From: a virus
Length of the DNA: 64,000 bases
Reading direction: 5' to 3' (one strand)
Virus record (IMG/VR): IMGVR_UViG_3300032103_000260
Coordinates: 23,224 to 87,223 of that record
A program made the position numbers and the translations under genes. Positions 10,477 through 21,241 of the stretch are shown here, piece by piece; positions within the stretch are counted from its first letter, which is position 1, and every line of letters begins with the position of its first letter. The notes under the pieces are model-generated. The model had not been told where the DNA came from and searched no databases. It saw only the letters and a list, made by a program, of their open reading frames with translations.

Positions 10477-10659
10477 TTATTCGTGATTAAAAATTTTAAT
10501 AATAAGAAAAATTGGAGATATCAGAATAAATTTTAAAAAAACATGAAATGCTTATCTTTTTCCTTAAAAACATTAGCCATTATCAATACCATGTACATGA
10601 ACATCCCAATAGATAACCAAAAGACAAATAAGATAAAATATAATGTAAACATTTATGGA

Positions 10660-10914
10660 TTAATTCAATTCAGGAATTATACCCACAAATATACTGATAT
10701 ATTCTAATTTAAATTCATAATACCTATTGATAAGTATATAAAACGTTTTTTTTCTCATAAATTCATTCGACTGAAGAATAAGATCAATATCTTTCTTAGA
10801 TAGAATATCAAATCCAGTTCGTAAGTTTTCAAGTGTTTTTTCAAAAACAATTTTATTGTATACGACAGGTACGGAGTAACTAAAATCTAAAGTTTTCAAA
10901 TTGTTAAAACTCAT
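10660..10914 (-). CDS. Hypothetical protein
   Basis: 84-aa ORF. Confidence 0.5.
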   Translation of the reverse strand: MSFNNLKTLDFSYSVPVVYNKIVFEKTLENLRTGFDILSKKDIDLILQSNEFMRKKTFYILINRYYEFKLEYISIFVGIIPELN

Positions 10915-10926
10915 GGATTCTATATT

Positions 10927-11370
10927 TTAATTAAAATTCGGTGCATCAGAAACTTTTAATAGATTAGTACCATTATATCTATATTTATCATACGTTAGTC
11001 TATACTTGCCAACTGATGAGTAAATTATTACAGTATTTTGGTTTTCCTCAAATTCTACAGAATAAATACGATCCACATAAGGGTCATCACCAACTACATG
11101 TTTAATATTATTCAATTTAAAGATTTCTGAATTAATTGAATACCTATTATGAGTAGTAACATGACCGCTACCAGAAGAATTTTTAGGGTTATTAGGGTTC
11201 TTATAGATTGCAATAACCTCAAGTTCAGGATATTCATTAATAACAGACAATACTACTCGATATTTTATCCCATTAAAAACCTTTTCGTTTTCAAATGCAT
11301 GAATTTGAGAGTATGCTGATAATGTCAGCAGCATTAACATAACTAAGATAAGATGTTTTTTCATGTTCAT
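10927..11370 (-). CDS. Secreted protein with Bacteroidota-type signal peptide
   Basis: MKKHLILVMLMLLTLSAYS-Q. Confidence 0.65.
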   Translation of the reverse strand: MNMKKHLILVMLMLLTLSAYSQIHAFENEKVFNGIKYRVVLSVINEYPELEVIAIYKNPNNPKNSSGSGHVTTHNRYSINSEIFKLNNIKHVVGDDPYVDRIYSVEFEENQNTVIIYSSVGKYRLTYDKYRYNGTNLLKVSDAPNFN

Positions 11371-11642
11371 TATTTTAAATTTCTAAAATATTCTCGTACA
11401 TTTTTATCAAGTTCATCCATTTCGCTCATTTCTGTAAAATAGCCATTCTCTTCTAACGTTTCTTCTATTTTTTTTATCTGCTTTGCGTATTTGTTTTTTT
11501 TATCACTTGACAGCATTACTTCATTTCTCCATTTTACTAACCTATGTAATTCTTCATATTCTGCAATAATCTCTTTTATAGAACTAATAGGATCGGTTGA
11601 TTTAAGTGCCTTTTTTAGCTTATTTATAATAATGATTGTCAT
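11370..11642 (-). CDS. Hypothetical protein
   Basis: 90-aa ORF with two promoter motifs just upstream. Confidence 0.6.
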   Translation of the reverse strand: MTIIIINKLKKALKSTDPISSIKEIIAEYEELHRLVKWRNEVMLSSDKKNKYAKQIKKIEETLEENGYFTEMSEMDELDKNVREYFRNLK

Positions 11643-11732
11643 ACATATAAATACTAAAAAATGACCGTCAAAAACCTTACTATATTATACGAAAAACGGC
11701 AAATTTTGGTTATATAATTACATTATTTTTTA

Positions 11733-11972
11733 TTATGATATAAGTTGCTGATAATCACCAGCTACCACTACAATAATTTTACCAATTTTAATTAAATTTT
11801 GTTCATCATATGTTTGGCGCATAAGTTCAGTTACATAATGATCAGTAAATAATTCACCAACATTCATCCAATCTCTGTCCTTTATTTCAAATAAAACTTT
11901 ACCAGTTGATGCTTGTACAAACTTTACGTTAAGTCTTGGTACTTCTTTAACAAATTTAATTTTCCTGTTCAT
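11733..11972 (-). CDS. Hypothetical protein
   Basis: 79-aa ORF. Confidence 0.6.
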   Translation of the reverse strand: MNRKIKFVKEVPRLNVKFVQASTGKVLFEIKDRDWMNVGELFTDHYVTELMRQTYDEQNLIKIGKIIVVVAGDYQQLIS

Positions 11973-12202
11973 TTTTTTGATTCAGTTTTTATCGTTATGA
12001 TATTATTAGTTAAGATTCTTGACATAAAGATTATTGCCATTCCTTGCCAATACGTTAAAACTGGTAATTCAAATAATATTGGCATAGACAAATTCCACGC
12101 CATCATAAATACATATCCGAATATTGCCGATATAAGAGCAACAGTATATATTGTTATTATTACAGAATAAACCAATGCAAATACTACTTTTAAAAAATCC
12201 AT
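11969..12202 (-). CDS. Small membrane protein
   Basis: Two hydrophobic segments. Confidence 0.55.
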   Translation of the reverse strand: MDFLKVVFALVYSVIITIYTVALISAIFGYVFMMAWNLSMPILFELPVLTYWQGMAIIFMSRILTNNIITIKTESKK

Positions 12203-12531
12203 TCTAAAAATTTATTTAAATTTAATTTTATATAGTCTAATACTAAATATCTTTTCTTAAAAAGAACATTAAATGTTAGTGATAATTTATCATTTATTTT
12301 AATTTTAATAAAGCCATCTAATATTCTTATACTGGTTAATGTTATTATTTGTTTTCCATATTTATTTCTGATCACAATTCGTTTATTATCGATTTTAGAG
12401 ATTACTATCCATTCACTATTTAATTTTTTTTGGTAAATGTGATAGGAAGTTTCGATTGAGAAAAACAACAAATCTCCAACGTTTAAGTCATCTATAGATT
12501 TAACCCTTTTAAAATTATCATATAAATACAT
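12190..12531 (-). CDS. Hypothetical protein
   Basis: 113-aa ORF. Confidence 0.5.
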   Translation of the reverse strand: MYLYDNFKRVKSIDDLNVGDLLFFSIETSYHIYQKKLNSEWIVISKIDNKRIVIRNKYGKQIITLTSIRILDGFIKIKINDKLSLTFNVLFKKRYLVLDYIKLNLNKFLEWIF

Positions 12532-12627
12532 GACATTTTTTTGCTAAAATAATAATTATTTTCAACATAAAAATCAAAAATAGGAGAAATTTTCTCCCCT
12601 TATTATATATACTATAATTAAACCTAA

Positions 12628-13850
12628 TTATTTATTAGGTTTCAAATCAAGTGATAAGTCTTTAGTAGCTTTAACACCTAACAATTCCATATAATTCAAA
12701 GCATTTGCATTAGCACCACTACCAGTTTGAACATTTGGAACTAATTGGCCAGTAAACTTACTAAATGCATCCCATTTCTTTTCTTCAGCAAATTTCCAAG
12801 CAGCAAGTTTTTGCTCCAAAGCACCATCAGCTTGCATTAAACGTGACTTCTCATATGCATTAGCATCTGCAAGTTCTTTAATTTTTCTTGCCTCTAAAAC
12901 TGCAGCTTCAAGAGCGATACGCTGTTGTAATTTATCTTGTTCGGCTACCTTAACTTTAGTTTCTGCAACAACAACCTGTTTAGTTTGTTCTTGCTTTTGT
13001 TCGTATTCAATTTTAACAAGTTTTTGCTCACCTTGAGCTTTTTCAGTAAGAGTTTGCTGTTGAGCAGTCATCAATTCTTGACGAGACACTGCAGATTTAG
13101 TTGCAGCATCAATTATTTTATCCAATTTAGCATCGACTTTATCTGAATAATCTGTATCAATGATAGATGCATCAGCTACGGTAATTTGAAATTCTTTAAG
13201 TGAATTATTTTTACGTAAAGCTAATCCAGTTGTTTTATCTCTTCTAATTTCAGCTAAATAAGTTCTTTTCTTCTCTTGATCAATTGAATCATAAAATACC
13301 TTTTCTTCAATATTAGCTAAATAAATACCTTCCTTTAATTGATCAATGAAATCCTGTGACATTTGAGTACGACCACCACCGTAATGTTTATCAGAACTCA
13401 TTAATTGAGCAGATGATTGTAAACATTCTTTGGTTACAGTAAGTAGACATTTTACTACAAGTGATTCTGGACTACCATGTGTATTGTGTAATGAAATCAT
13501 TGCTGTTTCGTCTGAAGGTAATATAAATTGAGTAATACCTTTTACATCAGCAGTCGTACCATCACTAAACATAATATTAATATATCCAACTTCAACAACA
13601 TTATCACGTAGAGTCAAATCAGCTTCTTTTTACATATATGTTACTGAAATTTGATTAGGCCACACAGTTTCTTTTGAAAAAACCCTGAAAAAAAAATTCC
13701 CGGTTGAAATCTTACAAATTAATTTCCACTCATTGTTTGAACTACTGTTCTTCGACCACCATCATCCCATGAGAATGGATTGATAATTAACAATGTGATA
13801 ATATAATTACAACAATTTGCTACTTTAATGATTGTTTTTGCGTTTTCCAT
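12628..13850 (-). pseudogene. SPFH/band-7-like membrane protein, disrupted 5' part
   Basis: Coiled-coil C-terminal ORF 12628-13617; upstream reads NPFSW.DGGRRTVVQTMSGN*FVRFQPGIFF, a 1-nt deletion in a T run (about 13680), then SKETVWPNQISVTYM*KEADL. Confidence 0.65.
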
Positions 13851-14170
13851 AAAATTTTTAATTTTCTTTGTTTTGTACATTTCTTTTTTCTTGTTTATCA
13901 TTGGAATTTTTTTTCCAATATGATATTAACCAAACAGCTATCATACCAAATACTGCTAAAAAGCCAATTGCAAATGCTAATCTTATCATGTTTTTAATTA
14001 AATTTATTTATCGCAAATATAAAAATATATATTATTCTCAATTTAATAATTTTACTCTTGTTCGGCAAATTATCTAATAATAGTTTTTATATCTTAATTT
14101 TTCCTCAAAAATTTTAAGAATTTTCATTATTAAATTATTGATTATCAATTAGTTTGAGTCTATTATAGAT

Positions 14171-14188
14171 ATATAACAGTTAGCAGTA
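14171..14188. repeat. Collapsed attC-like site (AAC-a-GTT) at the distal array end
   Basis: ATATAAC-A-GTTAGCAGTA; GTTAGCAGTA is the exact complement of TACTGCTAAC at 15033. Confidence 0.6.
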
Positions 14189-14191
14189 ATA

Positions 14192-14953
14192 CTACATCTC
14201 ATCTCCGAATGAAGTTACTACTGTAAATTCTTTTTCTTTTCTTTTTTCTTCCACCCTCTTTTTTGAATTTGTAAAATGTTCTAATTCTTTTTCAATACCA
14301 ATGAAATTTCTATCAGTATTTATACAAGCAATTCCAGTTGAACAACTACCCATAGTATTATCTAAAATAACATCATTTTCATCGGTATAGGTTTTAATTA
14401 GGTATTCCAATAAATCAAGAGGTTTTTCAGAACTATGTAATCTACTGTAATTATCCACACACTTAAATTCCAAAATATTAGTTGGGAATCTTGTTGTTTT
14501 ACCACCTTCATAATCTCTTGTATTTGTACCATGATATGCTTTACCATTACTACAACCCTTTGCACTATTAGTTGGTATATGTCCATCTGTTATTTGTGGA
14601 TAGTATTTACCTTTCTTAAAAATACATATTTCTTCAATCTTTCTAATAGGCATCCGTTTAGCATGAAAGAAATTAGTTCCTTGATTTTTTAACCAATACC
14701 AACAATATCTAAAATCCTTTAAATTGCTTGAAATTATCTTTGTAGTAAATGGTTGTGATGCAAATAAAGCAATCGTTCCATTTTTCTTAATTATTCGATT
14801 GTATTGTTCCCAAAGTTCAACCATATTAATATGTTCATCCCATTTTGGTGCAGTCATTCCATAAGGTAAATCACAACAAATAAAGTCAATACTTTTATCT
14901 GGTATCAATTTCATTTGTTCTATCGTATCTCCGCATCTTAAATCTATTATCAT
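14192..14953 (-). CDS. Orphan beta-class N4/N6 DNA methyltransferase (cassette 1)
   Basis: CCDLPYG (motif IV variant), HSSEKP, ILDNTMGSCSTG (motif I). Confidence 0.85.
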   Translation of the reverse strand: MIIDLRCGDTIEQMKLIPDKSIDFICCDLPYGMTAPKWDEHINMVELWEQYNRIIKKNGTIALFASQPFTTKIISSNLKDFRYCWYWLKNQGTNFFHAKRMPIRKIEEICIFKKGKYYPQITDGHIPTNSAKGCSNGKAYHGTNTRDYEGGKTTRFPTNILEFKCVDNYSRLHSSEKPLDLLEYLIKTYTDENDVILDNTMGSCSTGIACINTDRNFIGIEKELEHFTNSKKRVEEKRKEKEFTVVTSFGDEM

Positions 14954-15032
14954 AATTTTGTTTATCCTCGCTCAAAAAAGAAAAGAAAAAGGTTCAGTTC
15001 TCCGATTGAGCATTTGTGGTTAATTACCGCAC

Positions 15033-15133
15033 TACTGCTAACAGCGTATATACAAGATACGCCTACAAGCATTTGTTTATAATTTAAAGTTTCCGTTAAG
15101 GCGTACCTCGTATATACGCAAAACGTTATATGC
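15033..15133. repeat. attC-like hairpin E1
   Basis: TGCTAAC..GCGTATATAC / GTATATACGC..GTTATATGC. Confidence 0.75.
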
Positions 15134-15207
15134 AATGCTACGTTATTGCTTCGTATTAGGTTTCGTGATTATAATCTTTTTGTTTTATTTTTTTTTGCCC
15201 ACCCACA

Positions 15208-15788
15208 TTATAAAATTTGAAGAAATGATGCATCAGGTACAACAGCAGAAATTGAACCGCTATCTTCACCAATATTTTCATAATAATAACCACTTTTGGC
15301 ATTACCCATTTTTAAATTACGTAGCATCATTGAATTTGCCTTTTCATCGGTGTGTGGTTTATATGGCGAATTTGTCATCCTCCCAATTATTCTAACAGGA
15401 AAAACAATAGGTTTAGAATTAAATGGTATTGGTGTACCATCCGAATATTTAGCCCTTTCTTTTCTTTCTGTTGGATAATAATCTTCTTCTGGTATATCAC
15501 GCCCACAATTAAACCCAGTACAACCTAATTCGTTGTATTTGTTTTTTAGCGTATTTTTACCAGCAAGTAATGTTTTACCATATTCTCTTGTCCCATCCCA
15601 TTCACCTTCTGCTGGTACACCAATTCTTGCTTGTAACGCTTGTGTTGCAGCTAACTTAGTACCAATATGTATTCCTCTTTTACCTGCTAAATTTTTATCA
15701 GTTGAGCCGTGATAAAAACATTATCATTGTTATATGATTCATTCAAATATTCACGTATAGTAGTTGCTATAAATTTTCTTAATTCCAT
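15208..15788 (-). pseudogene. ADP-ribosyltransferase-fold protein, 1-nt frameshift (cassette 2)
   Basis: MELRKFIATTIREYLNE leader; adding one T in the run near 15714-15718 restores VFYHGST and a 193-aa ORF (581+1 nt). Confidence 0.6.
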
Positions 15789-15902
15789 ATTCTTAAATTG
15801 TTTATTCTATATATAAATATTCAAATTTTAAAAATCCACCCACAAAAAATAAAACAAAAAGGTTCGTCTATCGTATCAAAGATTGTAGGTTAAATCCGCA
15901 CT

Positions 15903-16037
15903 GCATATAACAAGGTGTATATGTAATGGTGGGTTTGTCTGTAATTTCAACATTAGTGGTTTTCTATGAAGTTCTGTGATTAATCGAAGTTTTGTTCTTT
16001 CTATCCACCAACACATATACACCCAACCGTCATACAC
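15903..16037. repeat. attC-like hairpin E2
   Basis: GCATATAAC-AA-GGTGTATATGT / ACATATACACC-CAACC-GTCATACAC. Confidence 0.75.
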
Positions 16038-16080
16038 AATACTACATTCGTGTTTCAAATTAGGTTCTGTGAGAAAAACT

Positions 16081-16503
16081 TTATAAAAATTTTGGATTAC
16101 TACCAATATATTTTCCATTATCATCTAAATCTTCAAATGGTGGTAATTCAATGTCAATATAACCAACAGAATCTTCTGAGCATCTAATAATAACATCACC
16201 ATTTTGTAAAAAAATTGAATATAGTTTTATGTTTTCTCCTATTCCATCAATTCCCTTAATAGTTAATAATTTTGGTTCAGTTTCTTGTTTAAAAGAAACA
16301 CCTTCATTTGTCATTTCCATAATAGGTTCTCCAACCATATTAATTTCTTCAATTATTTCAATTTTTTTACCTTTTAGTTCATCAATACTTTCAAAGTATG
16401 GTTCTAAAATTTTAAGTTCTTTTCCAAAAAGTCCTTTCATTCCAGAAATGTTAATATTTTCTGGTAGTGTTTCCAAGTAATCTTTAATTTTCATATTTAT
16501 CAA
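16081..16503 (-). CDS. Hypothetical protein (cassette 3; likely start 16494)
   Basis: 140-aa ORF between E2 and E3. Confidence 0.65.
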   Translation of the reverse strand: MINMKIKDYLETLPENINISGMKGLFGKELKILEPYFESIDELKGKKIEIIEEINMVGEPIMEMTNEGVSFKQETEPKLLTIKGIDGIGENIKLYSIFLQNGDVIIRCSEDSVGYIDIELPPFEDLDDNGKYIGSNPKFL

Positions 16504-16539
16504 TTTTCATATTTATCAATTTTCATATTTATCAATTTT
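16486..16539. repeat. 16-bp tandem repeat, 3.4 copies
   Basis: (AATTTTCATATTTATC)x3+AATTTT, spanning the start codon. Confidence 0.9.
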
Positions 16540-16599
16540 AATTTTTATAAAGTTTTTATTCGTTCTCTGTATCAACAATCTACCTTAATTAGCCGTACT

Positions 16600-16733
16600 G
16601 TGTATAACAAGGTGTATATGTAATGGTGGTTTCATCTGTAATTTGAACATTTGTGGTTTCTACAAAGTTCAGTGGATAATCAAACATTTCTGCTCTTTAT
16701 CCACCACTACATATACACCCAACCGTTAGTGGC
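16600..16733. repeat. attC-like hairpin E3
   Basis: GTGTATAAC-AA-GGTGTATATGTA / TACATATACACC-CAACC-GTTAGTGGC. Confidence 0.8.
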
Positions 16734-16923
16734 AAGTGCTACTGTCTGCAAAATCAGGACAATTCTCAATAATTATATGTTCATCATTATCTAATTCTGC
16801 AACAAAACAAGCTCCTGCATTTTTTATTTTTAAATTTTTATTTTTAACACATTCAAAATCTAATAATGGTTCTTTTGTGCATTTTAAATTGCTACAATAT
16901 GGGCATCCTTTTGATAAATTCAT
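16726..16923 (-). CDS. Small Cys-rich protein (cassette 4)
   Basis: CPYC..C; its stop TAA lies within the GCCACTAAC core, as in many integron cassettes. Confidence 0.6.
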   Translation of the reverse strand: MNLSKGCPYCSNLKCTKEPLLDFECVKNKNLKIKNAGACFVAELDNDEHIIIENCPDFADSSTCH

Positions 16924-16945
16924 TTTCGTTTATTTTACTGCACCA

Positions 16946-17039
16946 GCCACTAACAAAGGCTAAAAGCAATTGCCATTAAGCATAGTGCAAATTTTAAGCA
17001 GTATTTAAGGCAACTGCTCTTAGCCTCATCGTTATATGC
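16946..17039. repeat. attC-like hairpin E4
   Basis: GCCACTAAC..AGGCTAA..TTGCC / GGCAA..TTAGCCT..GTTATATGC. Confidence 0.75.
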
Positions 17040-17115
17040 AATGCTACGTTTGTGCTTCGTATTAAGTTTCATAATAATAATCTTTTTGTTTTATTTTTTC
17101 TTCTACCACACAAAA

Positions 17116-17412
17116 TTAAGAATAAATGTTGTCATTATCAACCGATTTAATTTGATTTGGCTTAAATGTAACATAAATTGTTGAAGCATCTTGGTAATCA
17201 ACATCATCAATCCAACTATCTTTAATGTTAATAAAAATAACACCATCATATTTACTTCTATCAACAGTTCCAACAATGCCCAGTGTTGATGTTGTTCCAT
17301 CTTCGGTTTCAATATCATCCCATTTTCTATCTTTCGCATCAATTATTAATGGGTTTTTTATTGAAATATAACATTCATATACATACTCACCACCTGCATT
17401 AACCATCTGCAT
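17116..17412 (-). CDS. C-terminal part of a polyvalent-protein-type ART domain (cassette 5, apparently 5'-truncated)
   Basis: YISIKNPL, YDGVIFINIKD, YVTFKPNQIKS; the N-terminal YHG strand is missing. Confidence 0.55.
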   Translation of the reverse strand: MQMVNAGGEYVYECYISIKNPLIIDAKDRKWDDIETEDGTTSTLGIVGTVDRSKYDGVIFINIKDSWIDDVDYQDASTIYVTFKPNQIKSVDNDNIYS

Positions 17413-17515
17413 TTTTATTTATATATAAATATTCAAATTTTAAAAATCCACCCACAAAAAATAAAACAAAAAGGTTTTGCTCTTCGTATTAAAGTTTGTC
17501 GGTTAAATCCGCACT

Positions 17516-17613
17516 GCATATAACAAGGTCTATAAGAAAGTTTGCTATCAACAGTAGTGGTAATTTTAAAGTTTATCTAAGCAAACCTTCTCATACACCC
17601 AACCGTTATAAGC
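17516..17613. repeat. attC-like hairpin E5
   Basis: GCATATAAC..GTTTGCT / AGCAAAC..CAACC-GTTATAAGC. Confidence 0.7.
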
Positions 17614-17667
17614 AAGTGTTCCGTTATCATTTCTTAATATCATTTTCGTTTATAATTCTTTTTCGGT

Positions 17668-19440
17668 CTATGCAAACATTGCCATTTGTCCATTGTTTAC
17701 AGGTGTCATTTCGTTAATAAAACTGTCCCACAAGTCAAGTGTCAAATTGAAATTATACTTCACATTTAGCGTTTCAAGTTCTGTTTGTAAGTCGCCTTTG
17801 TCAATTTGTTTTGCTAATTCTAAAAGGTCAATTCTCATTAAAATGTCTTTTGTAAAAGTCCTTTTAGCGTCTGGAAAAGTAACTGATTGTAAGAACTGAA
17901 CTGTCGTGTTAGAGTTTAAAAGAATTAATGCGTAAACGGCAAATTCTATTTTGTCAAAACCTATCAAATAACAAGTGTCGTCAAGCATTACAGGCTTGTT
18001 GTCCTGTGGCAGAATAAGTGTAAAATGAAATGTTTTGTAAAGTCCTGATATAGCAACTTTAAAGGGTTTGAAAGAATAGTCACCAATACCAAATATTGAA
18101 AACAAAGGTTTGTTATTGTAGATGCTTGACTTTCTTGCATCAAAATTTGCTTGATGTTCTGTCAAGTATTGATATGTCTTTGGATATTCAGTTTTAATAT
18201 ATTTTGTTTCTTGCCCAACTTTCTTTTGTGTAACAATGGTAAACTTTCGTGTCTGATTAATTACCGTGTTTTTAAGGTCAGAACTTTTAAGAATACCATA
18301 AACTAAACCGTCTTCCAATTTCACTTCTTCGTTTAGTCCGTTTACATAATGTCCGTTCACTTTGTCTAACTCCATTACAGTAGAACAATCGTGTTTTAAA
18401 CCTTGTCGCCAAACAAAAGGACATTCACCATCAATTTCTTTTGTATGAATATAAGTATCAATGTTTGAAACAAATTTGTCATTCAACCAACCGAATTTTA
18501 GTTGAGATTTTTGATTGTTGTAAAAATCAAAATCTAAGCAATCAAATGTCGGTTTTGAATTTAGTTTACAATAAAACAAAGCTGCTTCTACTGAAACATT
18601 AAACTCCTTTTTGCTGTCAATACAATGTTTTTCAATGGCTGAAATCTTGTAACGATTTTTATTTTGGTCAAAGACAATATTTTTGATAACAGAATTTTTT
18701 ACCAAAAGCAATAAATTCCCTTTCATATTTTGAAAGGTATCAATCATAGTTAGCGTTATAAATTCAGCAATATCAAAATTGCCCTTGCCTGTCATTGCGT
18801 CTAAACCGCTATGATTTTTGAAATTCGTTTTTTTCGGAAGGTTCGTTGAATTTAAACTACCCAATTTTGAATTGGTTACCCAAGGTGGATTACCAATTAC
18901 TAAAATATCATTTGTTGAATGTTTCTTGGCTATTGCTTTAAAATCGAAGTCAAAAACATTGCAATGAGTTATTGAAATTTCTGGCTTGTTTGAATTTGGA
19001 TTAGAAAGAAAGAAATCTACAATGCTGAATTTAGTTTCCCAAACGTAAGGTTTGTAAATTTCAACTCCGAATACATTTTTAATATTCTTGAAATTGCGTA
19101 GAGAGGCAATAATAAAATTTCCCTTGCCACAGGTTGGCTCAATAACAACTTCAGGTGAAATCTTTTTTGTCGTTAAGTATAAAGTTACTTTGTTTGCTAA
19201 ATCAGAATTTGTTTGGAAGTCGCCATATTCTGCTCTATCAGGTTCTTCGACAACATTATTAGTAATTGAAAAAACTTTTTTAAGAGTTTCCAATTCTTCA
19301 CCATTATCAAAAAAATGTATGATGCCGAAGGCATCATACATTTTTTGATTTGCCTTTTCAAAAGATGTAATCTTTTTCAGAGTGTCATTTAAGAAATCTG
19401 AAACTTGATAAGTAATATTTGCTTCAAATACTTTCATCAT
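17668..19440 (-). CDS. Gamma-class N6-adenine DNA methyltransferase (cassette 6)
   Basis: YGDFQT, IEPTCGKGNF (motif I), IGNPPW (motif IV). Confidence 0.85.
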   Translation of the reverse strand: MMKVFEANITYQVSDFLNDTLKKITSFEKANQKMYDAFGIIHFFDNGEELETLKKVFSITNNVVEEPDRAEYGDFQTNSDLANKVTLYLTTKKISPEVVIEPTCGKGNFIIASLRNFKNIKNVFGVEIYKPYVWETKFSIVDFFLSNPNSNKPEISITHCNVFDFDFKAIAKKHSTNDILVIGNPPWVTNSKLGSLNSTNLPKKTNFKNHSGLDAMTGKGNFDIAEFITLTMIDTFQNMKGNLLLLVKNSVIKNIVFDQNKNRYKISAIEKHCIDSKKEFNVSVEAALFYCKLNSKPTFDCLDFDFYNNQKSQLKFGWLNDKFVSNIDTYIHTKEIDGECPFVWRQGLKHDCSTVMELDKVNGHYVNGLNEEVKLEDGLVYGILKSSDLKNTVINQTRKFTIVTQKKVGQETKYIKTEYPKTYQYLTEHQANFDARKSSIYNNKPLFSIFGIGDYSFKPFKVAISGLYKTFHFTLILPQDNKPVMLDDTCYLIGFDKIEFAVYALILLNSNTTVQFLQSVTFPDAKRTFTKDILMRIDLLELAKQIDKGDLQTELETLNVKYNFNLTLDLWDSFINEMTPVNNGQMAMFA

Positions 19441-20114
19441 TGAGGTTTGTTATAGCTTACAATCTTGGTAATTCCTTTTACTTCGTCTGTAAGAGTTACA
19501 ATTCGTTGATATTGTAATCTCCATTGTAAAGCATTCGAAATAGTCAAGTAACCCTGTTCAGGTGGAGTTTTTAAAATTTGCTCCGCTAATTTTGATAATG
19601 TGATTTCGTCTGCTGGGATATTTTTGTCTTGCAGGTAAGCAATGATGTCGGCTTCATTGGCTTTATCCTTAACCATTTCTCTTAAACGGTAAGTTGTTGT
19701 ATAGTCAGCCGTTCTCTCTTTTGCAACGAATGAACAACTAACAAAATTCAAAGTTGCTGTCTTGCTTTTCGGGTCGTCAGCTTTGTCGTAAACGAAAACA
19801 AGTAAATTGTAGCCAAGTCCGAAAACCTTTTGTTTTGCGTCTTTGAATGGGCAAGATGATTGGGGCTGTTTTATTGAAGTTACTTTGATGTCGGTTAAAA
19901 TGTCGTCTGAAGGTAGGTCAACACCGCTTGCAGAGGAACCAATTGTAACTTCGTATTTGTCGTTTAAGTGTTTTTGAAATTTCTGTTCAATAAGTATCCC
20001 AACGGCTTTGCCGTCAGTTACTCCAAACAGTTCTTTATGCTGAAACTTAGATTGTTCAGCACAGAAAATTTGGGCTTCTTTTATTAAGATTTTTATCGTT
20101 AATTTTTTCTTCAT
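19437..20114 (-). CDS. Type II restriction endonuclease (PD-(D/E)XK-like)
   Basis: GVTDGKAVG..IE, GVDLP..TDIKVTSIKQPQSSCP; overlaps the MTase start. Confidence 0.7.
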   Translation of the reverse strand: MKKKLTIKILIKEAQIFCAEQSKFQHKELFGVTDGKAVGILIEQKFQKHLNDKYEVTIGSSASGVDLPSDDILTDIKVTSIKQPQSSCPFKDAKQKVFGLGYNLLVFVYDKADDPKSKTATLNFVSCSFVAKERTADYTTTYRLREMVKDKANEADIIAYLQDKNIPADEITLSKLAEQILKTPPEQGYLTISNALQWRLQYQRIVTLTDEVKGITKIVSYNKPQ

Positions 20115-20246
20115 TATTGTCTTAAAATGGATGTCGCTAAGTTAATATTTTAAAGGTCTAAATCAGTCTTGTTTGGTTGTCAAGTTTTACACAAAAGTTT
20201 AATGTCAAGCTACGATGTTCGTCTGTTGCACGGTCGTCATAGCATT

Positions 20247-20387
20247 GGGCATAACGTTGGTGTTTGCGGCTTTGCGTAGTGGCGGATTTAGAAGCACAAA
20301 CTTTCAATTTAGCACTACCGTTTTTTTGAAGCACTACCGTTCAATTTAGCACTGCCCCCGCCATTACGCAAAACCGCTGTTGGCTGC
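20247..20387. repeat. attC-like hairpin E6
   Basis: GGGCATAAC..TTTGCGTAGTGGCGG / CCGCCATTACGCAAA..GTTGGCTGC. Confidence 0.75.
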
Positions 20388-21235
20388 TGTGCTTCTTCTA
20401 ATTCTGCATAGTATTCGTCTGTCGGTTCTTCTACAACAAATAATGTCGGTGCGTCTGCAATTAGTTTTACTCGTTTTCTTGCAATTTCACAGTATTCGTG
20501 GCTTATGTCAATGCCGATATATTGTCTGCCCATTTCACAAGCTACTCTTGCTGTTGTCCCGCTACCACTCATTGGGTCAAAAACTAAGTCGCCTTGATTT
20601 GTCCACGATTTTATGTGGTCTCTTACAAGTTCACAGGGAAAAGGGGCTGGGTGTCCTTTTGCTTCTTGGTCTTCTTGTTTTTTGCCTACAACATATTCCC
20701 AAATGTTCCCTTTTATTTTTTTGTCCTTGACTGGCTTTGCAAGTTTTTCTCTTGTCTGCTCGTTTTTTGAAAAGTTTTTGTAAGTCGTTCCGTTTAGTTC
20801 AAGTCCAGCGTGTAAACAGTCAACCATAATAGGGTTGTGTGTTTTTACAACGCCTTTGCTGAAAACAAACATAAACTCAAACTCATTATTGTAGCGTTTG
20901 CGATAAATTTGAGGTATTGGGTTTGCCTTACGAAATATCATTGTGTCGTGAAGATTGAAACCAATTTGCTGAAAGTATAAGGCTTGTTTAAAACTTGTTC
21001 CCGTTTCGTTGCCGTTAATTGTTGCATCGTTAACAACCCAAACAACTATGCCACCTTCTTTTGTAACTCTGTAAAGTTCCTTTGCAATATCTTCAAAAGG
21101 GAAAACAAACCCTTTGTAATTTCTCAAATCGTCATAAGGCGGTGAAGTAACTGTAAGGTCAATTACATTGTCGTCAAACTGTCGCATTACTTCTACACAG
21201 TTGCCTTCGATTATTTTATTTATAAAATTCTCCAT
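20315..21235 (-). CDS. Beta-class N4/N6 DNA methyltransferase (cassette 7)
   Basis: TSPPY, HPAPFP, FDPMSGSGTT; the C-terminus reads into E6. Confidence 0.85.
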   Translation of the reverse strand: MENFINKIIEGNCVEVMRQFDDNVIDLTVTSPPYDDLRNYKGFVFPFEDIAKELYRVTKEGGIVVWVVNDATINGNETGTSFKQALYFQQIGFNLHDTMIFRKANPIPQIYRKRYNNEFEFMFVFSKGVVKTHNPIMVDCLHAGLELNGTTYKNFSKNEQTREKLAKPVKDKKIKGNIWEYVVGKKQEDQEAKGHPAPFPCELVRDHIKSWTNQGDLVFDPMSGSGTTARVACEMGRQYIGIDISHEYCEIARKRVKLIADAPTLFVVEEPTDEYYAELEEAQQPTAVLRNGGGSAKLNGSASKKR

Positions 21236-21241
21236 TGTCTT

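Noticed and set aside
15876-16124. 82-aa ORF over hairpin E2 (similarly 22203-22421 and 17496-17717)
   Set aside because: These are shadow ORFs created by GC-richer hairpin sequence, with atypical composition.
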